Assembly (NCBI GenBank): GCA_048939015.1
Contig: JBHLPW010000017.1
Location: 15,584-79,583, forward strand
DNA: 64,000 nt
Reading direction: 5' to 3'
Source of the DNA: Promethearchaeota archaeon
Lineage (GTDB): Archaea; Asgardarchaeota; Lokiarchaeia; Sigyniarchaeales; SOKP01
Positions 48,252-58,730 of this stretch are shown here, piece by piece. Below the pieces are notes generated by a model that did not search any database, was not told the DNA's origin, and worked only from the letters and a program-made list of their open reading frames with translations. A program made the position numbers and the translations under genes. How positions within the stretch are numbered: the first letter of the stretch is position 1; every line of letters begins with the position of its first letter.

Positions 48252-50945
48252 TTATTTATTGCTCTGTTCTATTGCAGCTTGAGCTGCAGCGATCCTTGCC
48301 ACAGGGATTCTAAATGGAGAACAAGATACATAGTCTAATCCTATGGAATGAGCAAATTTGATTGATCTTGGTTCTCCTCCATGTTCACCGCATATCCCTG
48401 TTTTTAAATCAGGTCTAGTCTTTTTCCCAAGCTCAATCGCCATTTTCATCAATTTTCCCACACCATCTTGATCAAGAATTTCAAATGGGTTGTTTTCGAG
48501 AATTTCTTTATTTAAATAAATTGGAAGGAATTTTCCCTCAGCATCGTCTCTTGAAAATCCATAGGTCATTTGGGTTAAATCATTTGTTCCAAAAGAAAAA
48601 AACTCTGCTTCAATAGCAATTTCATCCGCTGTTAAAGCAGCTCTAGGGATTTCTATCATTGTTCCAAATTTATAATCTAAGTCTACGCCATAACTTTCAA
48701 TTGTTTCCAAAGCAACCTCCATTAATTGAGCTTTAACTAATTGTAATTCCGAGATCATCCCAACAAGTGGAATCATAACTTCTGGGATAACATCAATACC
48801 TTTGAGTTTAAGTTCACATGCAGCTTGAAAAATTGCTTTTACTTGCATTTCATTAATCTCAGGCCAAACAATACCCAAACGGCAGCCCCTAAGTCCCATC
48901 ATGGGATTTTCTTCGGATAGAGACCTAATTAAAGCAATGACCTTTTTCTTTTTTTTAATTTCTCCATCTAAAGGACTTGTATCTAATAATGATCTTGATA
49001 GTGCATTTGTCATTTTGAGTTCTTGATTTTCCAGTAAAACGGTTGATAAATCAGGTAAAAACTCATGTAAAGGAGGATCAAGTAATCTTATTGTAACTGG
49101 TTTTCCTTCCATAATTCTAAAAATTTCAATAAAATCTCCTTTTTGCATGGGTAATATTTTATCAAGAGCATCTTGTCGATCTTCTTTTGTCCTCGCTATT
49201 ATCATATTCTGTACAACTGGTAATCGTTCTTGTGCCATAAACATATGCTCAGTCCTACAAAGACCTATTCCTTGAGCTCCAAATTCTATTGCTTTTTTTG
49301 CATCTGTAGGTGTATCAGCATTTGCTCTGACTCCCAATGTTTTAATGTCATCAGCAATTTCTAACAATTCAAGGAATTCTCCTTTTATTTCCGGTTCGAC
49401 TAAAGGAACTCTTCCCTCAATAATTCTTCCCGTTGTACCATCAATGGTTATCCAATCACCTTCACTTACTACCATTTCAGCAACTCTAAATTCTCTATTT
49501 TCTTCATCAATTTCAACATCCTGAGCCCCTACTACAGCAGGTTTACCCATTCCTCTAGCAACTACTGCAGCATGGGATGTTTTTCCTCCAAATTGAGTTA
49601 ATACCCCACTTGCGGCATAAAGTCCATGTACATCTTCTGGTTTTGTTTGTGGACGTACTAGGATTATATCTTGTTGCCCTTGATTCGCTAATTCTTCAGC
49701 TCTATCTGAGTCAAAAATCGCTTTTCCAGATACTGCTCCAGGAGATGCATTAATTCCGTGAGCTAAAACATGTACAATCGAATTTTCATCAATACTCTTA
49801 AATAGTAGTTTTGCTACTTTATTAGGATCAATACTCATTATTGCTTCTTCTTTTGAGATTAGTCCTTCTTTAACCATATCGACAGCAATTTTAACCGCAG
49901 CGGATGGTGTTCTTTTCCCATTTCGGGTTTGTAAAAGATTTAACTTCCCATCTTCAATTGTAAATTCGATATCTTGCATATCTCTATAATGTTTTTCTAA
50001 TTTTTCCATTGTATTCAGTAATTGTTCGTAAATCTTAGGAAATTCATCCCTTAATTCTATTAGTTTTTTTGGTGTTCTTATCCCCGCAACAACATCCTCT
50101 CCTTGAGCATTTGTTAAGTATTCACCAAATTTTCTATTTTCACCTGTTGATGGATCTCTAGTAAACGCGACTCCTGTGGCTGAATTCCATCCTTTATTTC
50201 CAAAAACCATTGCTTGTATATTAACAGCTGTCCCAAAATTAGGAATATTATTAATTTTTCTATATGTAATAGCTCTTCTATTATTCCACGATTTAAAAAC
50301 CGCTTCAATTGCTAGAAATAGCTGTTTAATTGGATCTTGAGGAAAGGGAGAACCAATTTCTTTTTCATATAATGCTTTATAGTCAGCAATAACTTTTTGT
50401 AGATCTGTTACCTCCAAATCTGTATCCTGGGCATTTCGTCCAATAGCCCATTTATATTTATTTAATATTCGTTCGAATTTTTCATCTCCGATTCCCATAA
50501 CTACATCTCCAAACATCTGAATGAATCGTCTATAACTATCATAAGCGAATCGTGGATTATCAGTTTGTTCTGCTAAACCTAAAACGCTCTCATCATTTAA
50601 ACCTAAGTTAAGAACTGTATCCATCATGCCTGGCATGCTCATGGGAGCTCCCGAACGAACACTTACCAATAGAGGGTTTTTAATATCTCCAAATTTCTTT
50701 CTAGTGTTTTGTTCTAAGGCTTTTAAATATTCCATGACGCTTGGAGTTAATTTTTTCATTACTTTTTCAGGATTTCCAAAATATTGAAGGCATGCTTCAG
50801 TAGTTATTGTAAAACCAGGAGGAATATTAAGTCCTAATTTAGTCATTTCAGCTAAATTGGCACCTTTTCCGCCAAGAAGGTCCTTTAAATCCTTATTACC
50901 TTCACTAAAATCATAGACATATTTCTTATCTTCAGTGGTTGTCAT
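48252..50945 (-). CDS. ppdK: Pyruvate, phosphate dikinase
   Basis: LLGGKGANL, SVRSGA..SMPGMMDT, TSHAAVVARG, GLCRTEHM, FSFGTNDL, CGEHGG. Confidence 0.96.
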   Translation of the reverse strand: MTTTEDKKYVYDFSEGNKDLKDLLGGKGANLAEMTKLGLNIPPGFTITTEACLQYFGNPEKVMKKLTPSVMEYLKALEQNTRKKFGDIKNPLLVSVRSGAPMSMPGMMDTVLNLGLNDESVLGLAEQTDNPRFAYDSYRRFIQMFGDVVMGIGDEKFERILNKYKWAIGRNAQDTDLEVTDLQKVIADYKALYEKEIGSPFPQDPIKQLFLAIEAVFKSWNNRRAITYRKINNIPNFGTAVNIQAMVFGNKGWNSATGVAFTRDPSTGENRKFGEYLTNAQGEDVVAGIRTPKKLIELRDEFPKIYEQLLNTMEKLEKHYRDMQDIEFTIEDGKLNLLQTRNGKRTPSAAVKIAVDMVKEGLISKEEAIMSIDPNKVAKLLFKSIDENSIVHVLAHGINASPGAVSGKAIFDSDRAEELANQGQQDIILVRPQTKPEDVHGLYAASGVLTQFGGKTSHAAVVARGMGKPAVVGAQDVEIDEENREFRVAEMVVSEGDWITIDGTTGRIIEGRVPLVEPEIKGEFLELLEIADDIKTLGVRANADTPTDAKKAIEFGAQGIGLCRTEHMFMAQERLPVVQNMIIARTKEDRQDALDKILPMQKGDFIEIFRIMEGKPVTIRLLDPPLHEFLPDLSTVLLENQELKMTNALSRSLLDTSPLDGEIKKKKKVIALIRSLSEENPMMGLRGCRLGIVWPEINEMQVKAIFQAACELKLKGIDVIPEVMIPLVGMISELQLVKAQLMEVALETIESYGVDLDYKFGTMIEIPRAALTADEIAIEAEFFSFGTNDLTQMTYGFSRDDAEGKFLPIYLNKEILENNPFEILDQDGVGKLMKMAIELGKKTRPDLKTGICGEHGGEPRSIKFAHSIGLDYVSCSPFRIPVARIAAAQAAIEQSNK

Positions 50946-51111
50946 GTTATTCTACCAATATCTCAATGTTCAACAAATCTAGATATGATTTAAACAACAG
51001 TTTTAATTTTTATACTTTACCTTGATAACATGTAAAATATTTATTATTATAGTAATTTCATAAAGGAAATAAAATTTTCTGATAAAGGAAATCTATAGTC
51101 GCAGAATCTTT

Positions 51112-51921
51112 TCATTTTTTATTGAATTCGGTTAAAAGTTCCCAAATTCCATTTATTATAAAATCAGGTTTAATTTCACTACTTCTAATTAAATCCAGGG
51201 TTATTTCACCAGATAATACACAGCATGTTAATACTCCTGCTTCTTTTCCCATCTTGATATCAGTATAAAGACGATCTCCAAACATTATTGCATTTTTTGG
51301 AGATATACCTAATTGATTTAGTTTAAAAAGAAGCATTTCTTTATTTGGCTTTCCAAATACTTGGGGCATTCTCTCTGTAGCTTTATAGAGAAGTGCTGCA
51401 ATTCCTCCTGCATCTGGTATATAACCATGTTCAGTAGGACATCTGTTATCAAGATGTGTAGCTATATAGGGAAAATCTTCTTTTTGAAGGATAAACGCTG
51501 CTTTTGTTAATCGGTCATAAGTTAATTCTTGATCAAACGCAAGCACTAATATTTCGGGATCTTCCTCTGTTAGATCAAATCCTTCATTAATGAATTCTTT
51601 TTTGAGAGATTTTGTACCTAAAAGAAATATTTTTTTAAACTTATTTTTTTTAAGATAATCTATTGTTGGGTGCTGAGAGAGAATAAGATTTTCACGAGAA
51701 ATATCTATGTTGAAATGATGTAGTTTCTTAAGATAATCTTCAGTTGATTTACTTGAATTATTTGAAAGGAAGAAAAATTTTTTCTCCTTTTTTCTTAAAA
51801 TATCAATTAATTGAGGAACTCCTTTAAAAAGCTTATCTCCTAGGTAAATAGTACCATCTAAATCAAAAAAGTACACTTGTTTATTGGTTAATTCGATTAT
51901 ATTACCCAAGTTAAGAGTCAT
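51112..51921 (-). CDS. HAD-IIA (NagD-like) phosphatase
   Basis: FDLDGTIY, SNNS, GKP, GDRLYTDI. Confidence 0.92.
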   Translation of the reverse strand: MTLNLGNIIELTNKQVYFFDLDGTIYLGDKLFKGVPQLIDILRKKEKKFFFLSNNSSKSTEDYLKKLHHFNIDISRENLILSQHPTIDYLKKNKFKKIFLLGTKSLKKEFINEGFDLTEEDPEILVLAFDQELTYDRLTKAAFILQKEDFPYIATHLDNRCPTEHGYIPDAGGIAALLYKATERMPQVFGKPNKEMLLFKLNQLGISPKNAIMFGDRLYTDIKMGKEAGVLTCCVLSGEITLDLIRSSEIKPDFIINGIWELLTEFNKK

Positions 51922-51986
51922 TTAAGGTTTCAACTAATAATTCCAATTAATTAAAAAAGAAAAAAATTGATTAAATTTACAAAAAT

Positions 51987-52409
51987 TTAATAAAATTCTG
52001 TCTCTACCATCGTACTAGACACTACAAGTTCTTGTGCTGCCCTAGTAGCTCGTAATACTTTAGCCATATCTCCTTTTAGCCTTGTTTTGCCAGCAAGTAA
52101 TGCACGAATAGGATCTAATTCTTTCTTAGTGATTGCTACCCAAGCATCATAAGGTCCTGCATACTCATATTCTACTTCTTTTTCTTCTCCTTCTTCTAAT
52201 ACTTTGCATCCGGTACATTCTCCATGATAAAGTCCAACAAATACACGGATTCCATGATCTAAATTCCCAGAAGGTTCAATTACAAAAAGAAAATCCCCTT
52301 CCCATCCATCGGGAGGGAAACCATCTGGTCCCGCAGCATCTCTATAATTTTCGTTTTCATTAATTGCTTTACAAAAAGCATCAGCCCATTCTTGTGTTCC
52401 AAATAACAT
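51987..52409 (-). CDS. SCP2 sterol/acyl-carrier family protein
   Basis: FGTQEW, W..I....LDPIRALLAGK..LKGDM; ATG 52409 follows GAGTGA. Confidence 0.85.
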   Translation of the reverse strand: MLFGTQEWADAFCKAINENENYRDAAGPDGFPPDGWEGDFLFVIEPSGNLDHGIRVFVGLYHGECTGCKVLEEGEEKEVEYEYAGPYDAWVAITKKELDPIRALLAGKTRLKGDMAKVLRATRAAQELVVSSTMVETEFY

Positions 52410-52520
52410 AAGATTCACTCTAAATTTTTTTAATAAAACTATGAATATTTCATTTATTTTAAATTTTAATTGGTAATTTATTTTTAAGTCAATTAAGTAA
52501 AATAAAATTTGTAATTTAGC

Positions 52521-54242
52521 TTATTTGATTTCTCCTCTTTCTTTCATTTTAGCAATTTCTTCGTCTCTAAGTTTCTTCTTAAAAAGTTTCATCACCATGG
52601 TTAAAGGCATATCCTTCCGAAATTCTACATATTTTGGTACAGCATATGGTTTTACTTTATCTTTTAGATAGTCAATAATATCTTGTTCTGAAACTTTGCC
52701 TTCGTACTCTTTCTTCAATGAGATAAATGCTTTAATCCTCTCACTACCGGGCCGTTCTGGGTCTGGAACGCCAATCACTCCTGCAATACTAATAGCGGGA
52801 TGCTCATGAAGAATGTCATCAATAACTCTTGAATATACTTTATTTCCTGACACATTAATCATATCTTTAATGCGATCAACAATATAAAAATAACCGTCCT
52901 CATCCATCTTACCGACATCTCCCATTGGAAGCCAGCCCCCTTCTTTTAATCCTTTACCCGGCGTTGGCCAATAGCCTTTCATTATCTGTGGACCACGAAC
53001 CCATAATTCACCAGTTTCTCCAAATGGAACCTCCTCTCCTGTCTCTAAATCAACTACTTTAACATCTGTATCCGCTATGGGTGTTCCAATCCCTCTTTTT
53101 ATATTTGCCATAAAACCAGTTACTTTTGAAAGTGGTGAAAGATTAAAGGTAGACGCAGCAGTTGTTTCTGTTGCTCCCCAACCTTCAGCCATAGGTACAC
53201 CGCATTTTTCTTCAAATTTATCAGCAAGTTCTGGAGGTAAAGGTGCAGCTCCAGAGATATAAAATATGGGAGCTTTTGGTATGTCCATTTCTACTAGTCT
53301 TGTATAATGTGTAGGAACTGCCGTGACCATGAAAGGACGATCTTTTTTAATTGTTTCAGCAATTCTTACAAGATCTCTTGGATCTATTAATAAGATTTTC
53401 ATTCCCCAAGAAATGGCAGCATTGACACTAAAATGACCATATTGATGAAATAAAGGAACACATATAGCTATTGCCGCCTTACCAGCGATTCCGGGTTTTA
53501 AAGGTGTCATCATCCAATGATAAAATTGAATTACATTGGAAGTCATGTTATAATGAGTTAACATTGTCCCCTTAGGAACACCTGTGGTACCACCAGTAAA
53601 AGGAAGAAGAGCTATATCCTCCATTGCATCTACTTGGACTGTTTCTTCTAAAGGTTCATATTTTTCTAATAATTCATCTAAAAGAAAATATCCTTCTTCG
53701 GAAATGGTATCCATATCTGGCAAATTATAATCAGGAAACAATTTAATTGGAGTATAGATAATTTTATCTATATCTATTTCAGCTTTTACTTCATTAACAC
53801 GTTCTATCCTTCTATAAGAGCAAAAAACTAGTTTAGCGCCACTTTCTTTAAGTTCATACAAAAGATCTGGAGTTTTATGTAGTATACTCAAAGGAACATG
53901 AACTGCACCAACTTTCATTGCAGCATAATCAAATAAAATGAATTCTGGACAAGAAGGTAACACTGATGCTATTCTATCGCCTTTCATTACACCAAAATCT
54001 TTCAATGCATTTGCTAATTTATCTACCTTAATTTTCAGGTCCTTGTATGTGATTTCATCGCCAACATAGACAGAGGCAATATTATCAGGATAATTAGTTG
54101 CACTGTCCTCAAGAAACTGATAAACATTCATTTTAGGATAAGGTTCCATTGTTTGCTTAAGTTTAAACGGACCAACAAACCATGATTTCATCCAAGGTTT
54201 ATCTGCATAACTATTTTTTTGAGACTCTCCCATATTTCTCAC
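52521..54242 (-). CDS. Long-chain fatty-acid--CoA ligase (AMP-forming)
   Basis: FTGGTTGVPKG, EGWGATET, GPQIMKGYW, GD, DRIKDMI. The usual terminal GK motif reads VMK. Confidence 0.9.
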   Translation of the reverse strand: MRNMGESQKNSYADKPWMKSWFVGPFKLKQTMEPYPKMNVYQFLEDSATNYPDNIASVYVGDEITYKDLKIKVDKLANALKDFGVMKGDRIASVLPSCPEFILFDYAAMKVGAVHVPLSILHKTPDLLYELKESGAKLVFCSYRRIERVNEVKAEIDIDKIIYTPIKLFPDYNLPDMDTISEEGYFLLDELLEKYEPLEETVQVDAMEDIALLPFTGGTTGVPKGTMLTHYNMTSNVIQFYHWMMTPLKPGIAGKAAIAICVPLFHQYGHFSVNAAISWGMKILLIDPRDLVRIAETIKKDRPFMVTAVPTHYTRLVEMDIPKAPIFYISGAAPLPPELADKFEEKCGVPMAEGWGATETTAASTFNLSPLSKVTGFMANIKRGIGTPIADTDVKVVDLETGEEVPFGETGELWVRGPQIMKGYWPTPGKGLKEGGWLPMGDVGKMDEDGYFYIVDRIKDMINVSGNKVYSRVIDDILHEHPAISIAGVIGVPDPERPGSERIKAFISLKKEYEGKVSEQDIIDYLKDKVKPYAVPKYVEFRKDMPLTMVMKLFKKKLRDEEIAKMKERGEIK

Positions 54243-54272
54243 GCATTTATCATTATAACTGAAAATTTAGTT

Positions 54273-56144
54273 TTAATAAATCTCTTTTATAGCCCATTCC
54301 AATCCGAGTTCCTTTAGTTTCTCCTTGGTAGGTTTTCCTGTTGTTTTATCCCATCCTCTGCGATCATAGTATGCATCTAATAGTGGATCTAGATGTACCA
54401 CTGCTCCCTTTGCTGGTCCTTCAGGCATTGGATCTTCTAGTAAACGTGCAGGAAGTGTATCATCAGCTCTTGTTATTCCTTCCCTTACGCAATAAATTCT
54501 TGCAAGATTATAAAGTCTTTCTCCCGTTTTAACAAAATCTTTTTGCGTAAACTCATACCCTAAAAGTTTCTGTATTAATGAGGCCCAGTCTTCTGAAGAT
54601 AAGACCATTCCCATAAATTTACACCCACCTATAGCATCAAAAATCCCAAATGCATCCTCAAACTCTTTAACAACCTGTGTATCTTCAACATTTTCTTTTA
54701 ATGGATCGCCAACCATAGCATTTTCTACAATCATGAAAGGCATAGCTAAAAATGCTGGTCCTTCAATATATCCAGTAATATGGCACCCTCCTCGGTTAGC
54801 TGTCGCATATGCTAAACCAGTGATTTTAGCGGCTCTACTATCATATGCAGGAAGTTCTAAACCTTTAACTTGCATAGCAAACTTTATAGAATCCTTACCT
54901 AGTTTATTTGCCATATTTCTTGTACCTTCCGCTAATAAATCACCAATACCATCTCTATTACCGATTTTGGGGACAAGGCCAACAATTAAATCCTCATCTC
55001 CAAAATTAAATTCAATGCCTCCTGTATCTTCATTAGTCAATATCCCTTTTTCATAACATTCCATCGCAAAACCAATAGTATTACCAGCAGAAATTACATC
55101 AAGACCATATTCATTACAAAGAAAATGAGCTAATGTAATTGCTTCCAAATTATCAACGCCACACATGGTTCCGAAAGCACCTATTGTCTCATACTCTGGA
55201 CCTTCTCCTTCACTTTTAAACTTTCCTTCTTTTATCTCTGCGAGTCTACCACATGCAATAGGACATGCAAAACATGGTTTTCTTCCAGTAAGAATTGTTT
55301 CATTAAGTGCTGTACCATTTATTTTGTCAGCTCCAGGAAACACTCCAGTTTGCCAATTGTTTGTGGGTAAACCACCTTTAATATTTACTAAATCAACCAT
55401 AGTAGCAGTTCCAAAAACCTCAAGTGTCATTTTAAGCATGCTTTGATTCACCCAATCATATCTTTGTTTTGCCTCTTCCTTATATTCGTCTGGCTTTGCG
55501 ACTTCAATTTTAGCATTACCTTTAGAAGCAATCGCTTTTACTTTTTTAGATCCCATCACCGTGCCCATACCACATCTCCCAGCAGCTCTCCCATAATTCG
55601 GTTTATCACAATCATTCATTACTGCAGCATATTTAACTAATTTCTCTCCAGCAATCCCAATACATGCAACATTGAACTTTTCTCCTAATTCTTCTCTAAT
55701 TATTTTTGTAGTTTCTGATGTATTTTTTCCCCATAAATGTGATGCATCTTTAAGTTCGGCTTTTCCATCCTCAGTTACAAGATAAACTGGTTTTGGTGAT
55801 ATTCCTTCGAAAATCACTCCATCAAAGCCAGATCTCTTAAGATCACGACCCCAAAATCCAGCAGAATTTGCTTCACCCCAAATATCCGTAAGTGGAGATT
55901 TAGCCACTACACTATATCTTCCAGTGCTAGGTGAAGGAGTCCCTGTTAAAGGACCTGTCATAAAAATTAGTTTATTTTCAGGTCCTAATGGATCAGTTCC
56001 TTTTGGCACCTCTTCTATTAAATATTTTGTCGCTAATCCAGCTCCCCCTAAGTATAGTTTTAATGTTTCTTCATCTGGAAATTCTTCAGTAATTTTACCA
56101 TTTGTTAAATCAACTCTTAATATCTTTCCCATATAACCGTAAAT
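54273..56144 (-). CDS. aor: Tungsten aldehyde:ferredoxin oxidoreductase (start ATT 56144 or ATG 56132)
   Basis: YGYMGKILRVDL, KSPLT, GRAAGR.GMG.VMGSK, C..CPIACG, EYET, D..GLD, RGGCH. Confidence 0.93.
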   Translation of the reverse strand: MYGYMGKILRVDLTNGKITEEFPDEETLKLYLGGAGLATKYLIEEVPKGTDPLGPENKLIFMTGPLTGTPSPSTGRYSVVAKSPLTDIWGEANSAGFWGRDLKRSGFDGVIFEGISPKPVYLVTEDGKAELKDASHLWGKNTSETTKIIREELGEKFNVACIGIAGEKLVKYAAVMNDCDKPNYGRAAGRCGMGTVMGSKKVKAIASKGNAKIEVAKPDEYKEEAKQRYDWVNQSMLKMTLEVFGTATMVDLVNIKGGLPTNNWQTGVFPGADKINGTALNETILTGRKPCFACPIACGRLAEIKEGKFKSEGEGPEYETIGAFGTMCGVDNLEAITLAHFLCNEYGLDVISAGNTIGFAMECYEKGILTNEDTGGIEFNFGDEDLIVGLVPKIGNRDGIGDLLAEGTRNMANKLGKDSIKFAMQVKGLELPAYDSRAAKITGLAYATANRGGCHITGYIEGPAFLAMPFMIVENAMVGDPLKENVEDTQVVKEFEDAFGIFDAIGGCKFMGMVLSSEDWASLIQKLLGYEFTQKDFVKTGERLYNLARIYCVREGITRADDTLPARLLEDPMPEGPAKGAVVHLDPLLDAYYDRRGWDKTTGKPTKEKLKELGLEWAIKEIY

Positions 56145-56364
56145 TTTCCATACACCTCAATTTCAAATTTGACTTAATTAAATTATATTGTTTTGAGTTA
56201 AATTAAAATTCAATTAATTAATCTTATTCCTTTAATTATAAAATGATTTCTATTTTTCTTATGTACAAATTATCATAATTTACTTTTAATGATTAGAAGT
56301 TAATTTATAAAAAAAACATAAAAACTTGAAAAAAAGATAGTTCCATTAAAAAAATATGGATCTA

Positions 56365-57504
56365 TTATACTCCAACTCCAATAGTGTTACCGATACCTGC
56401 AATAATTATTTTACTTCCTTTTTCTGTTCGATTTCTGATAGATGTTTTAATTTTATCGACAAAACCAGCTACCGATTGAGTAATTGGTCTTTTCATTGTT
56501 GTGATAGCATCTTCTAATGATTGTTTACAAATGAGAGCATCGATTGGAATTGATTTATCAGTTGAAGCCTCTTCAATAAAATGCTTTTCAATACCAATAC
56601 CTCCAATTGCTGCACCAACTCCAACTGCTACTGAACCTGTTTTATCCCCTGTAAGCTTCAAACCTGCATCAATCATTATTATTCTTGAAATATTATCTCC
56701 ATGTTGCTGGATTATTTTCTTGATTGCTTTTCCTGGTTTCCCGACAGTCCCCCCTGGACCTTTAGCACGTACTACAAAAATAGTTCTGTCTTCGAAGGTC
56801 AATTCTTGGACTATTGTGTCTCTTGAAATTTCCTCAGCTTCAATATCATAATCGGATACATCTCTTATAAAGCTAGCAGCGACTAATGGACCAAGTCCAT
56901 CACCAATTGGACTCCCTTCTGAAAAAGCTTTAGCAGCATGATAATAAGCTTTAGCCATAGTCATAATTAATCCTAATTGATAAGAAATCTGAAGTAATAA
57001 TATCATTGATTTAGATTTCTTCCCTAAAATAAGATAATGTCGAATCAATCTATAGATATAATCTATAGCCATAGTGGCTTCTAATAAATTTTCCAAATTG
57101 GCTCTTTGTACTGTATCAGCATTCGGAGCTAATACTTCTACTTCTTCTTTAAACCTATTATCTCGTACATCAACAACATGGTCAAATTTAGGGATAATTC
57201 CATAAGGATCAAGAGATACAGGTCCAATGGTAACAAATGTAATAAAATCCTCGAGCTCTAGCGTTAAATCTTTCTGAGTTTTCTTTTTATCTGCAAATTC
57301 TTTAAAATTTGTTATTAAGATTTCTTTGCATTCATCATTCCACTTTTTTAGTTTTTCTAATGCAGTTTGAATGTCTTTTGATGCTTTCCATGCCTGAATT
57401 TTTTGGCCATAAAACATGGAAACAAAAATTAATACTAACCATAATAATGATATGATAAGTGAAACTGGATCTGTGCTCTGAGTCGTTTGATAAATATTAT
57501 TCAT
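56365..57504 (-). CDS. Conserved archaeal membrane-anchored protein (DUF1512-like)
   Basis: N-terminal TM; P.SLDPYGI, PIGDGLGPLVA, GPGGTVG, IDAGLKL.G, G.AIGG.G.EK, GIGNTIGV. Confidence 0.8.
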   Translation of the reverse strand: MNNIYQTTQSTDPVSLIISLLWLVLIFVSMFYGQKIQAWKASKDIQTALEKLKKWNDECKEILITNFKEFADKKKTQKDLTLELEDFITFVTIGPVSLDPYGIIPKFDHVVDVRDNRFKEEVEVLAPNADTVQRANLENLLEATMAIDYIYRLIRHYLILGKKSKSMILLLQISYQLGLIMTMAKAYYHAAKAFSEGSPIGDGLGPLVAASFIRDVSDYDIEAEEISRDTIVQELTFEDRTIFVVRAKGPGGTVGKPGKAIKKIIQQHGDNISRIIMIDAGLKLTGDKTGSVAVGVGAAIGGIGIEKHFIEEASTDKSIPIDALICKQSLEDAITTMKRPITQSVAGFVDKIKTSIRNRTEKGSKIIIAGIGNTIGVGV

Positions 57505-57622
57505 CTCTTTTTTAAATTGGTTGATTTTTGAAAACTTTATTCTATTTAATTTTAATAATAAAAAAATTTATTTATTCTTTTCTATTATAAAGCATAGGAA
57601 AGAAGATATTAGGACTATTTCT

Positions 57623-58057
57623 ATGATTGAAGACGAAGACGATGAGGACGTACTTAAAAAAGGTATCTCCTTAAAAAGTGTTTTGAAGAACATTTTGTTA
57701 ATAATATTTATTGTAGCAGGTTTTTTATTTATCTATATTGATTTTGGTTTAGATCCAGTCACAAGTTGGTCAATAGGCTTTATGTTAATCTGTTTTGGAG
57801 CTACTCTAATACAATTCCAAAAAACTCCTGGTGAACCTATTAGACAAACATTGTCAATTCTAATATGTAAATTATGCGGCCTTACAAAAGTTAGAAATTA
57901 TGAGAAAGGAGATTTTGTTTTTAAACGGAAGGATAAATGTGAAAAATGTAATAACTTAATGGAGATTAAACAAATATACTCCGTAAGATTAAAAAGTCCT
58001 ACCGAAAAGAATAAGGAACAAGAAACTAATGCGAAAGCTTTAAAAATCAAAGAATAA
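57623..58057 (+). CDS. Two-TM protein with C-terminal zinc ribbon
   Basis: CKLC...RNYEKGDFVF...CEKC; ATG 57623 follows AGGA. Confidence 0.78.
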   Translation: MIEDEDDEDVLKKGISLKSVLKNILLIIFIVAGFLFIYIDFGLDPVTSWSIGFMLICFGATLIQFQKTPGEPIRQTLSILICKLCGLTKVRNYEKGDFVFKRKDKCEKCNNLMEIKQIYSVRLKSPTEKNKEQETNAKALKIKE

Positions 58058-58099
58058 ATATTTTTATTATCAGTTTTTACTAGTTAAGGTGTTCTTCAG

Positions 58100-58546
58100 A
58101 TTCTAAAAAAGGTTGGACTAGGTGGTACCTTCGATCATCTTCACGATGGTCATAAATTTTTATTGAAAATTGCCTTATCTGTTTCTGAACTTGTAGAGAT
58201 TGGATTAACATCTCAAGACTTACTAAAGAATAAAAGATTTTCATCAAAATTAGAAGATTACCAAACTAGAAAAAAGAACTTGATTATGTTTATCAAGTCC
58301 ATTGCTGATTTAAAGCGAATAAATATAGTTGAAATACAAAATTGGGCTGATATGGATAAATATGCACAAGATCCTGAATATGAAGGATTAATAATCAGTC
58401 AAGAAACTTATGAAAATGCTTTAAAGTTAAATGAAAATAGAGAGAAAAAAGGATTAAAACCGCTTGTTTTAATTGTTATTCCCCTACTCAAAGATATAAA
58501 CCAAGATAAAATTAGTTCAACATCAATTCGGGAAAATCTTCATTAG
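58100..58546 (+). CDS. coaD: Archaeal-type phosphopantetheine adenylyltransferase (start extended to ATT 58100)
   Basis: In-frame GGTFDHLHDGH lies upstream of the track start; ISQET, N..R...GLKPL, KISSTSIR. Confidence 0.88.
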   Translation: MLKKVGLGGTFDHLHDGHKFLLKIALSVSELVEIGLTSQDLLKNKRFSSKLEDYQTRKKNLIMFIKSIADLKRINIVEIQNWADMDKYAQDPEYEGLIISQETYENALKLNENREKKGLKPLVLIVIPLLKDINQDKISSTSIRENLH

Positions 58547-58611
58547 AAAGATTTTTTACAGTATATTCATATATTAATTTATACTTAAAGTGAATTCTTG
58601 ATTGAATAATT

Positions 58612-58701
58612 ATGGTTATAAAAAGTAGAAAAGTCCTATTGAATAAATATAGGTATCAAGATTCATTAATTTTTAATTTCTTTAATTTGCCAAGGGAATA
58701 A
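58612..58701 (+). other. Candidate 29-codon upstream ORF (MVIKSRKVLLNKYRYQDSLIFNFFNLPRE) before pheST
   Basis: ATG 58612 to TAA 58701; three Phe codons in FNFF directly before a hairpin. Translation is not shown. Confidence 0.3.
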
Positions 58702-58730
58702 ATTTAAAAAAAGGAAATTATACCCTTGGC
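58689..58730 (+). promoter_or_regulatory. GC-rich inverted repeat/hairpin GCCAAGGG...CCCTTGGC upstream of pheS
   Basis: Perfect 8-bp arms, extendable inwards by AU pairs, within very AT-rich intergenic DNA. Confidence 0.55.
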
